Source: Armatimonadia bacterium
GTDB lineage: Bacteria > Armatimonadota > Zipacnadia > Zipacnadales > UBA11051
Length of the DNA: 52,068 nt
Assembly (NCBI GenBank): GCA_039683575.1
Contig: JBDKRC010000208.1
Span: 1 to 52,068, forward strand
Direction: 5' to 3'
Within the stretch, counting starts at the first letter, position 1. Every line of letters begins with the position of its first letter. This document shows positions 1 through 8,846 of the stretch, piece after piece. The position numbers were made by a program, and so were the translations under genes. The notes below the pieces were generated by a model, which saw only the letters and a list, made by a program, of their open reading frames with translations, had not been told where the DNA came from and ran no database searches.

Positions 1-205
1 ACGAAGAAACATACTTGCCGATCAGATCGTCTGTCATGCCCCAAGCATAACGCAAACCTAGACAAATGTCTAGACTCCTTCTGCAGAAAAAACGAAGACC
101 AATTGTCAAAGTGCGAAATAGGAGATCATGCCGCGAGCTATCGCCAACAGAGTCCGGCTTCCAGCCGGGCGGGCAAACGTGCCCAACCTGAACCGGAGAT
201 CCGCC

Positions 206-994
206 ATGACCCGCCTCCACCAAGCCTTCGCGGACGCGCGCGCCCAGAATCGCGGCGCCCTCATGCCGTACATCACGGCCGGTGACCCCGACCTGACGGC
301 CAGCCTCGAGATCCTGCGCGCCATCGAGCGGGCGGGGGCTGACCTTGTCGAGCTTGGGATACCTTACTCGGACCCGCTCGCCGACGGTCCTGTGATCCAG
401 GCGGCGGCCCAACGGGCGCTGCACAGCGGCACCAAGGTCAGCCGCATCATTGAGATGATCCGGGAATACCGCAGCGCAGGCGGCACGCTCCCGCTGGTTA
501 TCATGACCTGCTACAACCCCATTCTCGCCTATGGCCCCGAGCGCTTCACGGCAGCCTTCGCTGAAGCCGGAGCTGACGCGGTGCTGGTGACGGACCTGCC
601 ACCCGCGGAAGCCGAGGAATGGTCTCGTCTGACCGCCGCCGCCGGCCTCGCGACGGTCTTTCTGGTGGCCCCAACGACCCCGCCGGACCGGGTGCACCTG
701 GCCACCGAGCGCACGACTGGCTTCGTGTACGCCGTCTCGCGAGCAGGCGTCACTGGCACACGCAGTGACCTCCCGCCCGACCTGGCGGACCTCGTCGCGA
801 ATATCCGTCAGGCTACCTCGCTGCCGGTTGCGGTTGGCTTCGGCGTCTCCACTCCCGAACACGTCCGGACGGTGTTGAAGCTCGCCGACGGCGCGGTGGT
901 TGGCAGCGCGCTGGTGAAGGTCATTGCCAGTCATGCGGGACAGGAGGGGCTTGTGCAGGCCGTCGAGGACTTCGTGAGGCAACTCCGGGGCTGA
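206..994 (+). CDS. trpA: Tryptophan synthase alpha chain
   Basis: Motifs PYITAGDP, ELGIPYSDPLADGPVIQ, GFVYAVSRAGVTG, VAVGFG, ADGAVVGSALV. Start set at ATG 206 after GGAG RBS (195-198); the ORF track starts at 128. Confidence 0.96.
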   Translation: MTRLHQAFADARAQNRGALMPYITAGDPDLTASLEILRAIERAGADLVELGIPYSDPLADGPVIQAAAQRALHSGTKVSRIIEMIREYRSAGGTLPLVIMTCYNPILAYGPERFTAAFAEAGADAVLVTDLPPAEAEEWSRLTAAAGLATVFLVAPTTPPDRVHLATERTTGFVYAVSRAGVTGTRSDLPPDLADLVANIRQATSLPVAVGFGVSTPEHVRTVLKLADGAVVGSALVKVIASHAGQEGLVQAVEDFVRQLRG

Positions 995-1071
995 CGGCCT
1001 GGCAGGATAACCGCGACCCCTCAGCGAACAAGCGCACACCGCACGCCCATCACGCCACCCGGGAGTAAGAA

Positions 1072-1908
1072 ATGCGCCTCGGAGCACACCTCTACAAGCC
1101 CTTCAATGAGCCGGACCAATGGGCGCAGGTCGTCCGCAGCTACGGCTACAGCGCCGCGTATTGCCCCGTCGGCCCAGACGCCGATGACGCGACCATCGCC
1201 GCCTACGCCCGCGCCGCCGCCGACAATGACATCGTCATTGCCGAGGTCGGCGCATGGAGCAACCCCATCGATAGCGATCCCGCGGTCGCAAAAGCCGCCC
1301 TGGACAAGTGCAAGGCCTCTCTCGCCCTTGCAGACCAGATTGGCGCCCGCTGCTGTGTCAATATCGCCGGGTCAAAAGACCAGCAGTGGGACGGACCCTC
1401 ACCCGCCAATTTCAGCGACGAGTGCTTCGACCAGATCGTCCAGACCACACGCGAGATCATCGACGCCGTCAAGCCCACCCGCAGCTTCTATACCCTTGAG
1501 ACGATGCCCTGGATCTTCCCGGAGTCGCCCGAATCCTATCTCCGGCTTGTGCAGGCCATAGACCGCCCCGCGTGCGCCGTCCATCTCGATCCTGTCAACA
1601 TGGTCAATGGCGTCAAGGTCTTCTTCAACAACGCCGAACTGCTGCGCGAGAGCTTCCGACTACTCGGTCCCCACATCCGCAGTTGCCACGCCAAAGACAT
1701 CGCCATTGAGCGCCGCCTGACACTGCACCTCAATGAATGCCGACCCGGCCTCGGCGCCCTTGACTATGGGGTCTACCTGACGGAGCTGAGCAAGCTCGAT
1801 CCGGACGTCTGCCTGATGATCGAGCATTTACCTAACGAGGAAGAGTACATCGCCGCCGCGCAGCACCTCCGGCAGGTAGCTGCAGACAACAGCCTCGCGT
1901 TCGGGTAG
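1072..1908 (+). CDS. Sugar phosphate isomerase/epimerase (xylose-isomerase-like TIM barrel)
   Basis: LETMP, HLDPVN, HAKD, G.G.LDY and MIEH metal-binding motifs typical of the AP_endonuc_2 family; GGGAG RBS upstream. Confidence 0.85.
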   Translation: MRLGAHLYKPFNEPDQWAQVVRSYGYSAAYCPVGPDADDATIAAYARAAADNDIVIAEVGAWSNPIDSDPAVAKAALDKCKASLALADQIGARCCVNIAGSKDQQWDGPSPANFSDECFDQIVQTTREIIDAVKPTRSFYTLETMPWIFPESPESYLRLVQAIDRPACAVHLDPVNMVNGVKVFFNNAELLRESFRLLGPHIRSCHAKDIAIERRLTLHLNECRPGLGALDYGVYLTELSKLDPDVCLMIEHLPNEEEYIAAAQHLRQVAADNSLAFG

Positions 1909-1931
1909 CGGCCGTCTGCCATCGCGAATCA

Positions 1932-1965
1932 AAACGGGGACAAGCCAGTGGGCCTGTCCCCGTTT
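1932..1965. terminator. Bidirectional intrinsic terminator between convergent genes
   Basis: aaacggggaca (1932-1942) pairs with tgtccccgttt (1955-1965). Confidence 0.75.
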
Positions 1966-1985
1966 CACTTCCGTTCACGGTCTAG

Positions 1986-4859
1986 CTAGTCAACCAGATC
2001 AACCGGCTGGCGAATCCACGCCAGTGGCCCGTTGGGCCCGGACAGGATGTAGCTGATCTCGTACTTCCCCGCCGGCAGTGCCTTGCCATTGGCATTGGCA
2101 CCATTCCACGAGATCTCCGGCGTCTGGTCCCCCACGACTACCCAGTTATGCACGAGCTGGCCCTTTGCATTGCGAATCTCAACGGTCTTTTGCACCTTGG
2201 CCACATCCACGATGCGAGTCCCCGGCGAAATCGTCACAATCGGGCTGCCGCCGCGCATCTTCAGCGCCAGGGGCTCTGGCGACAGGGCGTCCAGTCCCTC
2301 CACAACCTGAATCGTCCGCCGGTATGCAGAACGCTCACCCTCACGGGTGATGGCCTCAACCACCAGCAGATACTGGCCGGGGCCCGGGAAGGTCACCTGC
2401 GTCTGGTAGGCCCCGTCCTTGATGGCCGCTTCCAGCCCGTTTACCCTCACTGTGACAATCGAGGACCCGGGGGCTATCTTTCCGCCGACGAAGAGGTAGT
2501 TCTGGTTCGATACGAGCGTCGGTGTCCGCCCGTCGGCGGGCACGAGGGCCAGCGTCAGCAAGGGCAGCCTATCCTGCAGAGAGCGCTCTGTCGGCGGGCG
2601 CGTCCCCGGAACCGTCGCGGTCGGTGGAACCGTGGCAGGTGGCGTCGGCACGATCACAGCAGGCTTCGGGCCGCTTGATGGCGGGGTGGTGGCCGGCGGG
2701 AAATCACGCGGCGGGTCCAGCGGAATGACCCGCTCGGCCGGGGTTGGCGTGACAGTGGCTGCCGGGGCCGGCGGCGCGATAGACGGGGCTGGCGGCGCGC
2801 TCGGCGGCTTCAGCGCTACCGTCTCCGGGGCGGGCGCGGAGGGAGTTGGTCGCGCGGCGGGCGCAGCCGCCACTGGCGTCGGTTCAGGTTTCGTGGCCGC
2901 AGGCGTAGCCGGCGGCGTGACTGTCACTGCTGCGGGCGCAGCAGATGGCGCTACTGCCGCCGGTGCTGGCGTGGATGTCGTCGGAGGCAAGACCGCTGGC
3001 GTGGCAGGCTCTGTCGGGATCGTTGGCCCGGCAGGCGTCGAGGGCTGTGGCGCCACGGCCACGGGCGGCAGCGGGCGGTCCGGCTCGATCGGTACTACCG
3101 GCCTGGGAATATCAGCCGCGTCCATCGGAGGCAGCGGCAGCCCTCCGGCATTCGGCACGTACGCGTATACAGTCCCACTCTCGCCGCCCACCACCAGATG
3201 CCCGTCTGCAATAGCCGCACACGTTGCCAACGGCTCGGGTTCGCGGTGGAAGTTGATGACACGCCCGGTCGGGCGGTCCAGCGTCCACAGCCGCCCATCA
3301 CGCGACGCCAGGTACATGAGCTTGCCATTCACCAGCGTCGGCGAGGCAGCCAGCGACGCCTTCAGGTCGCACTGCCACAGCATCTTGCCGGTCTTGCCCT
3401 CGAGGGCGAACACGCCGCCATCGGCCGTGCCCACATATACCCGCTCTTCATCAACGGCCGGCGAATGCGCCACGCTGCCGGGGATCTTGCAGGCCCAAAG
3501 CTGCTTGCCGCTGGTTGTTTGCAGCGCGTACAGGCTGCCGGTGCGGTTGGTTACATACAGCCTGTCGCCGCAGGTAACGGGAGCCGAGGTTATTGGTCCG
3601 TCGCTGGTGAAGGTCCAGATGATCTGCCCCTTCACTTCCTCGATGGCGTACAGTTTTCCGTCCGACCCGCCGATCAGCACCCCATCCGAACGCTTGGTAG
3701 CCTTCCCCGCTGCGTTGACGCCCGCTGGAATCCTTGCGCTAACCTTCGAGGCCGAAGCGATCACTGGGCCGCCTGTTGCGATCTTCCATACCAGTTTACC
3801 GACGTTGCGGTCCAGGGCATAGATATACGAGTCACACGAGCCGACGATCACCAACCCCGAGTCCGTGACCAACGGCGAGGCGGTGACGGCCGCTGATGAC
3901 CGGTACCGCCACACCAGTTGCCCGGTCGGCGGCCCGCCGCGACGCGGCTGAGCCACACAGAAAATGTCACCATTCTCGGTGCCGAAGAAGATCTGATCGT
4001 CGCAGACTGCAGGCGCGCCAGTGATGGCCGACTCCGCCGGGAAGCGCCACAGCCTCTCCCCGCGCGAAAGGTCGAGTGCGTACAACCACCCGTCATAGCT
4101 GCCCACATAGGCGATGCCGTTGACGATTGCGGCTGAACTGCGAATTGGCCCTTCGGTCTGGTATTTCCACACCTGCTTGGCTGGCGGAGCAAAGTCGCTG
4201 CTAACGTACGAGGCCGACTGTACCGAATGGCCCTCACGCGGCCATGATTGGCGCTTTTGCGGGAAGTAGGCAGTTGTCGTCATCAACTGGTTGCTGCCCT
4301 CGCCAGCCCTGTAGACCAGCGCCGCCCGCGCGCCGAGGTCGCCCACGTCTCCGGCCCCACTTGACCACGCCGAACTCTCGTCGGTGCGCGGCCGCGGCAG
4401 CTTCCGCAGCTTCACGCCCCATGGCACCTCGTGCGTCAGCATCAGGCCGCCCTGGAAGTCTCCGTCCACGCTCTGTGCAAACGCCCCTACCCCATAGTTT
4501 TCCATCGACCGGTGGAGAGTCAGGCCATAGCCGAAGTCATCCTGAATGATGCCAACCGAACCACGCAGCAGCAGGTCGCTCTTCAACGGGTGGTCGTAGT
4601 TGAAGGTCGCAGTCGCGTAGTCATCGGCCTGCGTGTCAAAAAACCAGGTACCCGTAACGTTGGTGCGAGGGGAAAGAGGCAAGGCAATCGAGGCATCAAG
4701 CCCGCGCAGGAGCAGTTCGCCGCCGTCCTGGTTCCATAGCTGCAGATGCGGCACCGCCCAGATCATCGGCGGCGGCCCCAGTCGCTCGGTTTCCTGAGTT
4801 GTGCCCAGAGAAGCGAAGGTGATGGCGGCGAAGGTGGCCAGTAGAACGTGACGCCACAT
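1986..4859 (-). CDS. Secreted protein with PQQ/BamB-like beta-propeller, Pro/Ala/Thr-rich linker and C-terminal Ig/FlgD-like domains
   Basis: Signal peptide MWRHVLLATFAAITFASLG after GGAGG RBS. Repeated 'SSP.V..G.VYVGS.DG.LYALD...G...W' blades, a ~190-aa Pro-rich linker and a C-terminal 'WNG..ANGK.LPAGKY' FlgD-Ig motif. Confidence 0.8.
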   Translation of the reverse strand: MWRHVLLATFAAITFASLGTTQETERLGPPPMIWAVPHLQLWNQDGGELLLRGLDASIALPLSPRTNVTGTWFFDTQADDYATATFNYDHPLKSDLLLRGSVGIIQDDFGYGLTLHRSMENYGVGAFAQSVDGDFQGGLMLTHEVPWGVKLRKLPRPRTDESSAWSSGAGDVGDLGARAALVYRAGEGSNQLMTTTAYFPQKRQSWPREGHSVQSASYVSSDFAPPAKQVWKYQTEGPIRSSAAIVNGIAYVGSYDGWLYALDLSRGERLWRFPAESAITGAPAVCDDQIFFGTENGDIFCVAQPRRGGPPTGQLVWRYRSSAAVTASPLVTDSGLVIVGSCDSYIYALDRNVGKLVWKIATGGPVIASASKVSARIPAGVNAAGKATKRSDGVLIGGSDGKLYAIEEVKGQIIWTFTSDGPITSAPVTCGDRLYVTNRTGSLYALQTTSGKQLWACKIPGSVAHSPAVDEERVYVGTADGGVFALEGKTGKMLWQCDLKASLAASPTLVNGKLMYLASRDGRLWTLDRPTGRVINFHREPEPLATCAAIADGHLVVGGESGTVYAYVPNAGGLPLPPMDAADIPRPVVPIEPDRPLPPVAVAPQPSTPAGPTIPTEPATPAVLPPTTSTPAPAAVAPSAAPAAVTVTPPATPAATKPEPTPVAAAPAARPTPSAPAPETVALKPPSAPPAPSIAPPAPAATVTPTPAERVIPLDPPRDFPPATTPPSSGPKPAVIVPTPPATVPPTATVPGTRPPTERSLQDRLPLLTLALVPADGRTPTLVSNQNYLFVGGKIAPGSSIVTVRVNGLEAAIKDGAYQTQVTFPGPGQYLLVVEAITREGERSAYRRTIQVVEGLDALSPEPLALKMRGGSPIVTISPGTRIVDVAKVQKTVEIRNAKGQLVHNWVVVGDQTPEISWNGANANGKALPAGKYEISYILSGPNGPLAWIRQPVDLVD

Positions 4860-5033
4860 GGGGACGGACCTCCCCACCTCTTTGGCTGCATGGGCCGAGC
4901 AAGAGCGTCTCGCGCTATGTCCATGCACCAGACAGGGGTGGTTGGAATGTACAAGATTTTCACTTAACATTTTACAAGCTTTAACCGTCCGAAGTCAAAT
5001 CCGTTCTCTTCCAACGAACAGCTATTTCGATGC

Positions 5034-5062
5034 TTGACAGCATCCCCCACTGGCCTTAAAAT
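5034..5062 (+). promoter_or_regulatory. sigma70-type promoter of the riboswitch-CDF transcript
   Basis: TTGACA (5034-5039), 17-nt spacer, TAAAAT (5057-5062). Confidence 0.8.
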
Positions 5063-5073
5063 CTGCATGTTTA

Positions 5074-5149
5074 CAGGAGCAGGCGGCCCTCACTGGGCGC
5101 AGCTGGGCCTTCACAAAGGCAGCGGGATCTCCAAAGACCCGTGGGACTG
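5074..5149 (+). promoter_or_regulatory. NiCo (czcD) riboswitch aptamer
   Basis: Ordered conserved elements GAGCAGGC...GCAGCTGGGC...GGCAGC...GTGGGAC of the NiCo four-way junction. It lies directly upstream of a CDF transporter, the canonical context. Confidence 0.88.
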
Positions 5150-5170
5150 ACAGTCCCACGGGTCTTTTTC
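5133..5170 (+). terminator. Riboswitch expression-platform terminator
   Basis: aaagacccgtgggactg (5133-5149) is the perfect inverted repeat of cagtcccacgggtcttt (5151-5167), followed by T-tract. It overlaps the 3' half of the aptamer, consistent with an ON switch. Confidence 0.85.
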
Positions 5171-5189
5171 GTTAGTCGGGAGGACAGAC

Positions 5190-6170
5190 ATGCAGCAGAG
5201 CCAATTAGCGCGTAAGACCGGCGTCGCAAGCCTGTCCGTCGCGTCGAACACGATTCTCGTTATTCTGAAGCTCATAGTCGGCATCCAAATCGGGGCCGTG
5301 TCTATCATATCCGAGGCGCTTCACTCCGGCGTGGACCTGGTGGCCGCGATCATCGCTCTGCTGGCAGTAAGGGCCTCGGCCCAGGAGCCTGACGAGGAGC
5401 ACCCCTACGGGCACGGCAAGTATGAGAACATCTCAGGAGCCATCGAAGCCCTCCTTATTTTCGGCGCTGCGGCCTGGATCATCTATGAGGCGATACACAA
5501 GCTTCTCAAGCCGGCCCCGCTGGAAACCCTCGGCTGGGGCATGCTCGTGATGCTCGTGTCCAGCGTTGCCAACATCATCGTCTCAACCCAGCTATTCAGG
5601 GTCGCCCGGGATACCGACTCTCTCGCTCTGGAAGCTGATGCCTGGCATCTGCGCACTGATGTCTACACTTCTGCGGGCGTATTGCTGGGGTTGTCGGTGA
5701 TCTGGATCGGCCGGATACTGGCACCTGGTGTTCATCTGGAATGGCTCGATCCCGTAGCCGCCATCACCGTCGCCTTCCTGATCATCAAGGCAGCCTGGGA
5801 CCTCACCGCCAAATCCGTCAGCGGCCTCCTGGACACCCGCCTGGATCCCGAGGAGCTGGACTGGATTCGCCATCACCTCGAAACTCTGCAGCCCCAGGTC
5901 TGCGGCGTGCATCACCTACGCACCCGCAAGAGCGGCGCCACACGCTTCGTTGACCTGCACCTGGTCGTGCAGTGCGAGATGCCGCTCGTGGAGGCTCACG
6001 CTCTGAACGATGCCATATCGGCGGCCATACACGAGCACTTCCCTGACACCCGGGTACTGATTCACACCGAGCCGTGTGAGGACAAGTGTGACGAGGTATG
6101 CCTCGCCGGCTGCTTCGATCGCCGCAAGGTCAGCCAACCAAACCAGGAACCAGAGCCGCTACTCCCGTAG
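5190..6170 (+). CDS. Cation diffusion facilitator (CDF, FieF/CzcD-like) metal efflux transporter
   Basis: SEALHSGVD, HPYGHGKYENIS, DAWHLRTD, HHLRTRKSG, VLIHTEP motifs and 6 TM segments. Confidence 0.95.
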   Translation: MQQSQLARKTGVASLSVASNTILVILKLIVGIQIGAVSIISEALHSGVDLVAAIIALLAVRASAQEPDEEHPYGHGKYENISGAIEALLIFGAAAWIIYEAIHKLLKPAPLETLGWGMLVMLVSSVANIIVSTQLFRVARDTDSLALEADAWHLRTDVYTSAGVLLGLSVIWIGRILAPGVHLEWLDPVAAITVAFLIIKAAWDLTAKSVSGLLDTRLDPEELDWIRHHLETLQPQVCGVHHLRTRKSGATRFVDLHLVVQCEMPLVEAHALNDAISAAIHEHFPDTRVLIHTEPCEDKCDEVCLAGCFDRRKVSQPNQEPEPLLP

Positions 6171-6204
6171 CGGTCCTCCCGGTGTTCTCCCCTTCGCCCA
6201 CCGT

Positions 6205-6251
6205 GCCCCGAGTGTGCGCCAGCTAGACGCGCACTTGGGGCCTTCTCTTTT
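6205..6251 (+). terminator. Intrinsic terminator after CDF gene
   Basis: 14-bp stem gccccgagtgtgcg/cgcgcacttggggc followed by cttctctttt. Confidence 0.6.
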
Positions 6252-6441
6252 CCCCTTTCACGTTACCTCGCGCAGTTCACCCCCACGATGCCAAGGCGTC
6301 CCACGCGTTCTCGCGCGAAGGACTTGGCGCCCCCGTCAAGGAACATGGCCACATGCGGTCTCGCCAGGTCATCGCTGGCGGGGACGTCTTGCATAGTCGC
6401 TCAGAGCACGGGCTAGAGCACCGATAGAGATGGAGACAGAT

Positions 6442-7401
6442 ATGAAGGTTGCCATTGTTGGCTGCGGCGGCATAGGCCGGGCTCACGCGCTTGCCTACGG
6501 GCAGCTTGACGGTGTGGAGTTGGCGTATGTGGTGGACCGCGACCCCGGGCGCGCGGAGGCTCTGGCGGCTGAGGTCGGAGCGGAGCCGCTGACTGACCTG
6601 GGGCTACTGACGGACGCCGTGCGGATCGTGAGTGTGACTACCGACCCGGCCTCGCATGGTCCCCTGGCGACGGAGTGCTTGCGACGAGGCTTCGCGGTGT
6701 TCTGTGAGAAGCCGTTAGGCATGACGGCGGCCGAAGCGCGGGGCTTGGTGGAACTGGCACGAGAAGTGAAGCAGCCGCTGTCGGTGGGGTTCAAGATGCG
6801 CTACGAGCCGATCTTCACGAAGGCGCGGGAGCTTGTGGGGGAGGTCGGGAGCATCGTACAGATAGCGACGACCAAGGTGCAGCCCTTTGCGCACCGGGGG
6901 CCAGCGGAGTGGCGGGATAAGGTCGGGGCGATGTTCGAGCTGTCGGTGCATGACTTCGACCTGATCAGCTTTGTCACGGGGCTATGGCCAATGAAGGTCC
7001 AGGCCGCCACGTTGAGTCACAGGCTGGACTGGGAGCGGGAGGACGGCTTCACGGCACTCGTGGAATACGAAGGCGGGGCGCAGGGGGCGCTGAGCGGGTG
7101 CTACACGCTGGAGAGCAAATGGCTGGCAAGCGACTTCTGCCTGACAGTGACGGGGGAGAAGGGGTGCATGCGGGTGTTGCGGGGAGACCGCATTGTCATG
7201 CACACGGACACGTATGAGGCAGTCGAGGTCGAGGCGCCGGGAAATACGTTTGTGACCGAACTCGGGGAGTTCGTGGAGGCGGTGCAGGATGGCAAGGAGC
7301 CGCCGATTGAGCCAGAGGCGGGGTATTGGAGCACCGCTTTGATTGACGGAATATGGGAAGCGGGCCTGGGTGGGAAGGCCGTGGAGATCAGCCGAATATG
7401 A
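6442..7401 (+). CDS. Gfo/Idh/MocA family oxidoreductase
   Basis: MKVAIVGCGGIG Rossmann motif, CEKPL, GFKMRY, H.FD motifs. Start could also be 6430. Confidence 0.9.
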   Translation: MKVAIVGCGGIGRAHALAYGQLDGVELAYVVDRDPGRAEALAAEVGAEPLTDLGLLTDAVRIVSVTTDPASHGPLATECLRRGFAVFCEKPLGMTAAEARGLVELAREVKQPLSVGFKMRYEPIFTKARELVGEVGSIVQIATTKVQPFAHRGPAEWRDKVGAMFELSVHDFDLISFVTGLWPMKVQAATLSHRLDWEREDGFTALVEYEGGAQGALSGCYTLESKWLASDFCLTVTGEKGCMRVLRGDRIVMHTDTYEAVEVEAPGNTFVTELGEFVEAVQDGKEPPIEPEAGYWSTALIDGIWEAGLGGKAVEISRI

Positions 7402-8846
7402 GTAAGCCGCCGAGCATTCTCGTGCTGTTCACCGACCAGCAGCGGTTTGATACCATTGCGGCGCTGGGCAATCCGGTCATCCGGACGCCGGCGCTGGATT
7501 CACTGGTGCGCGAGGGAGTGGCGTTCACTTCCGCTTATACGCCGTCGCCGGTCTGTGTTGCCGCGCGTTGTAGCCTGGTCCTGGGCCAGTGGCCGCACCA
7601 GACAGGATGTACCGCCAACAACGCGATGCCCCAGGAGCGGGTGTCGCTCATGGAGAGGGTCCGGGAGGCGGGGTACCAGACCCATGGCACGGGGAAGATG
7701 CACTTCACGCCGGACAGTCGGAAGCTCTGGGGGTTTGAGGGCCGAGACTATTCGGAGGAGTGCACGCGAGACGACGACTTCTATGGCCTTCTGCGCCGCA
7801 ACGGCTATGACCACATCATGGACCCGCAGGGGGTGCGAAGCGAGTATTACTACCTGCCACAGCCTTCGCAGTTGCCTGAGCGACTGCACAATACGACGTG
7901 GGTAGCGGACCGGTCGTTGGAGTTCTTGCAGACGCGAGACCGGCAGAGACCGTTTTTCCTGTGGAGTAGCTTCATCAAGCCACATCCGCCGTTTGAATCG
8001 CCAGTCCCGTGGAACAGGCTCTACAAACCCACTCAGATGCCGATGCCGCATCTACCGGAGGGTTATCAGGAGCTACTGACCTACTGGAACCGGTACCAAA
8101 ACCGGTACAAGTGGCGGGACCGTGGGACGGACCTGCAGCTTCTGCGGACGATGCAGGCGGCCTACTATGCAGCGATCAGTTCTGTGGACTACAACGTGGG
8201 ACGGATACTGGGATATTTGCGGCAGACGGGGGAATTGGATGAGACGATGGTGATTTTCACCACGGATCACGGGGAGATGCTGGGCGATTTCGGGAGCTAT
8301 GGCAAGCGGAGCATGTTTGACGCGGCGGCGCGGATACCGTTTCTGGTGAGGTATCCCGAGGCGTTTGCGGCGGGAGAGCGGTGTGAGAGGCTGGCCAGCC
8401 TGGTCGACGTGCTGCCGACCTGTCTGGGGGCGGCGGGGATTAGGCCGCCGGAGGAGTGTGTGGGTGAGGACCTGCGAGAGGTGGCACAGGGGAAGGCTCG
8501 GGACGCCGTCATGGTGCAGTATAGCCAGGGAGCTACGGGGCTCTACGGACTGGTGGGCCAGCAGTGGAAGTATGTGTATTCGGCGGCGGACGGGCGGGAG
8601 TGGTTGTATGAGCGAGGGGAGGCGGAGACACGGGATCGGACAGGCGAAAGGCCGGAGATAGCAGCGAGGATGCGGGCGGAACTGATCGCTCGGCTGCGAG
8701 CCGATGGCTATGAGGAGCCGCTGGAGGGAGACGGTTGGAAGGCGTATCCGCTGACGGAGGTTCCACCGGACCCGGACGCGGAGTTGTTGTATCAGGAAGG
8801 CGGCAAAGTCGAGGGGCTTTTCCCGCCGGGATATTGGGAGTCCTAG
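7398..8846 (+). CDS. Sulfatase (Cys-type formylglycine-dependent, choline-sulfatase-like)
   Basis: FTDQQR, SPVCVAAR (CxxxR), GKMH, KPHPP, FTTDHGEMLG motifs. ATGA overlap with upstream stop. Confidence 0.92.
   Translation: MSKPPSILVLFTDQQRFDTIAALGNPVIRTPALDSLVREGVAFTSAYTPSPVCVAARCSLVLGQWPHQTGCTANNAMPQERVSLMERVREAGYQTHGTGKMHFTPDSRKLWGFEGRDYSEECTRDDDFYGLLRRNGYDHIMDPQGVRSEYYYLPQPSQLPERLHNTTWVADRSLEFLQTRDRQRPFFLWSSFIKPHPPFESPVPWNRLYKPTQMPMPHLPEGYQELLTYWNRYQNRYKWRDRGTDLQLLRTMQAAYYAAISSVDYNVGRILGYLRQTGELDETMVIFTTDHGEMLGDFGSYGKRSMFDAAARIPFLVRYPEAFAAGERCERLASLVDVLPTCLGAAGIRPPEECVGEDLREVAQGKARDAVMVQYSQGATGLYGLVGQQWKYVYSAADGREWLYERGEAETRDRTGERPEIAARMRAELIARLRADGYEEPLEGDGWKAYPLTEVPPDPDAELLYQEGGKVEGLFPPGYWES

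Noticed and set aside
1-37. Possible start of a minus-strand gene (MTDDLIGKYVSS...)
   Set aside because: Only 12 codons are visible and the RBS is unconvincing; cannot be supported without flanking sequence.
2600-3110. Low-complexity GC-rich repeats, considered as a tandem repeat or CRISPR
   Set aside because: They encode the Pro/Ala/Thr linker of the propeller protein; there is no constant repeat-spacer periodicity here or elsewhere in the window.
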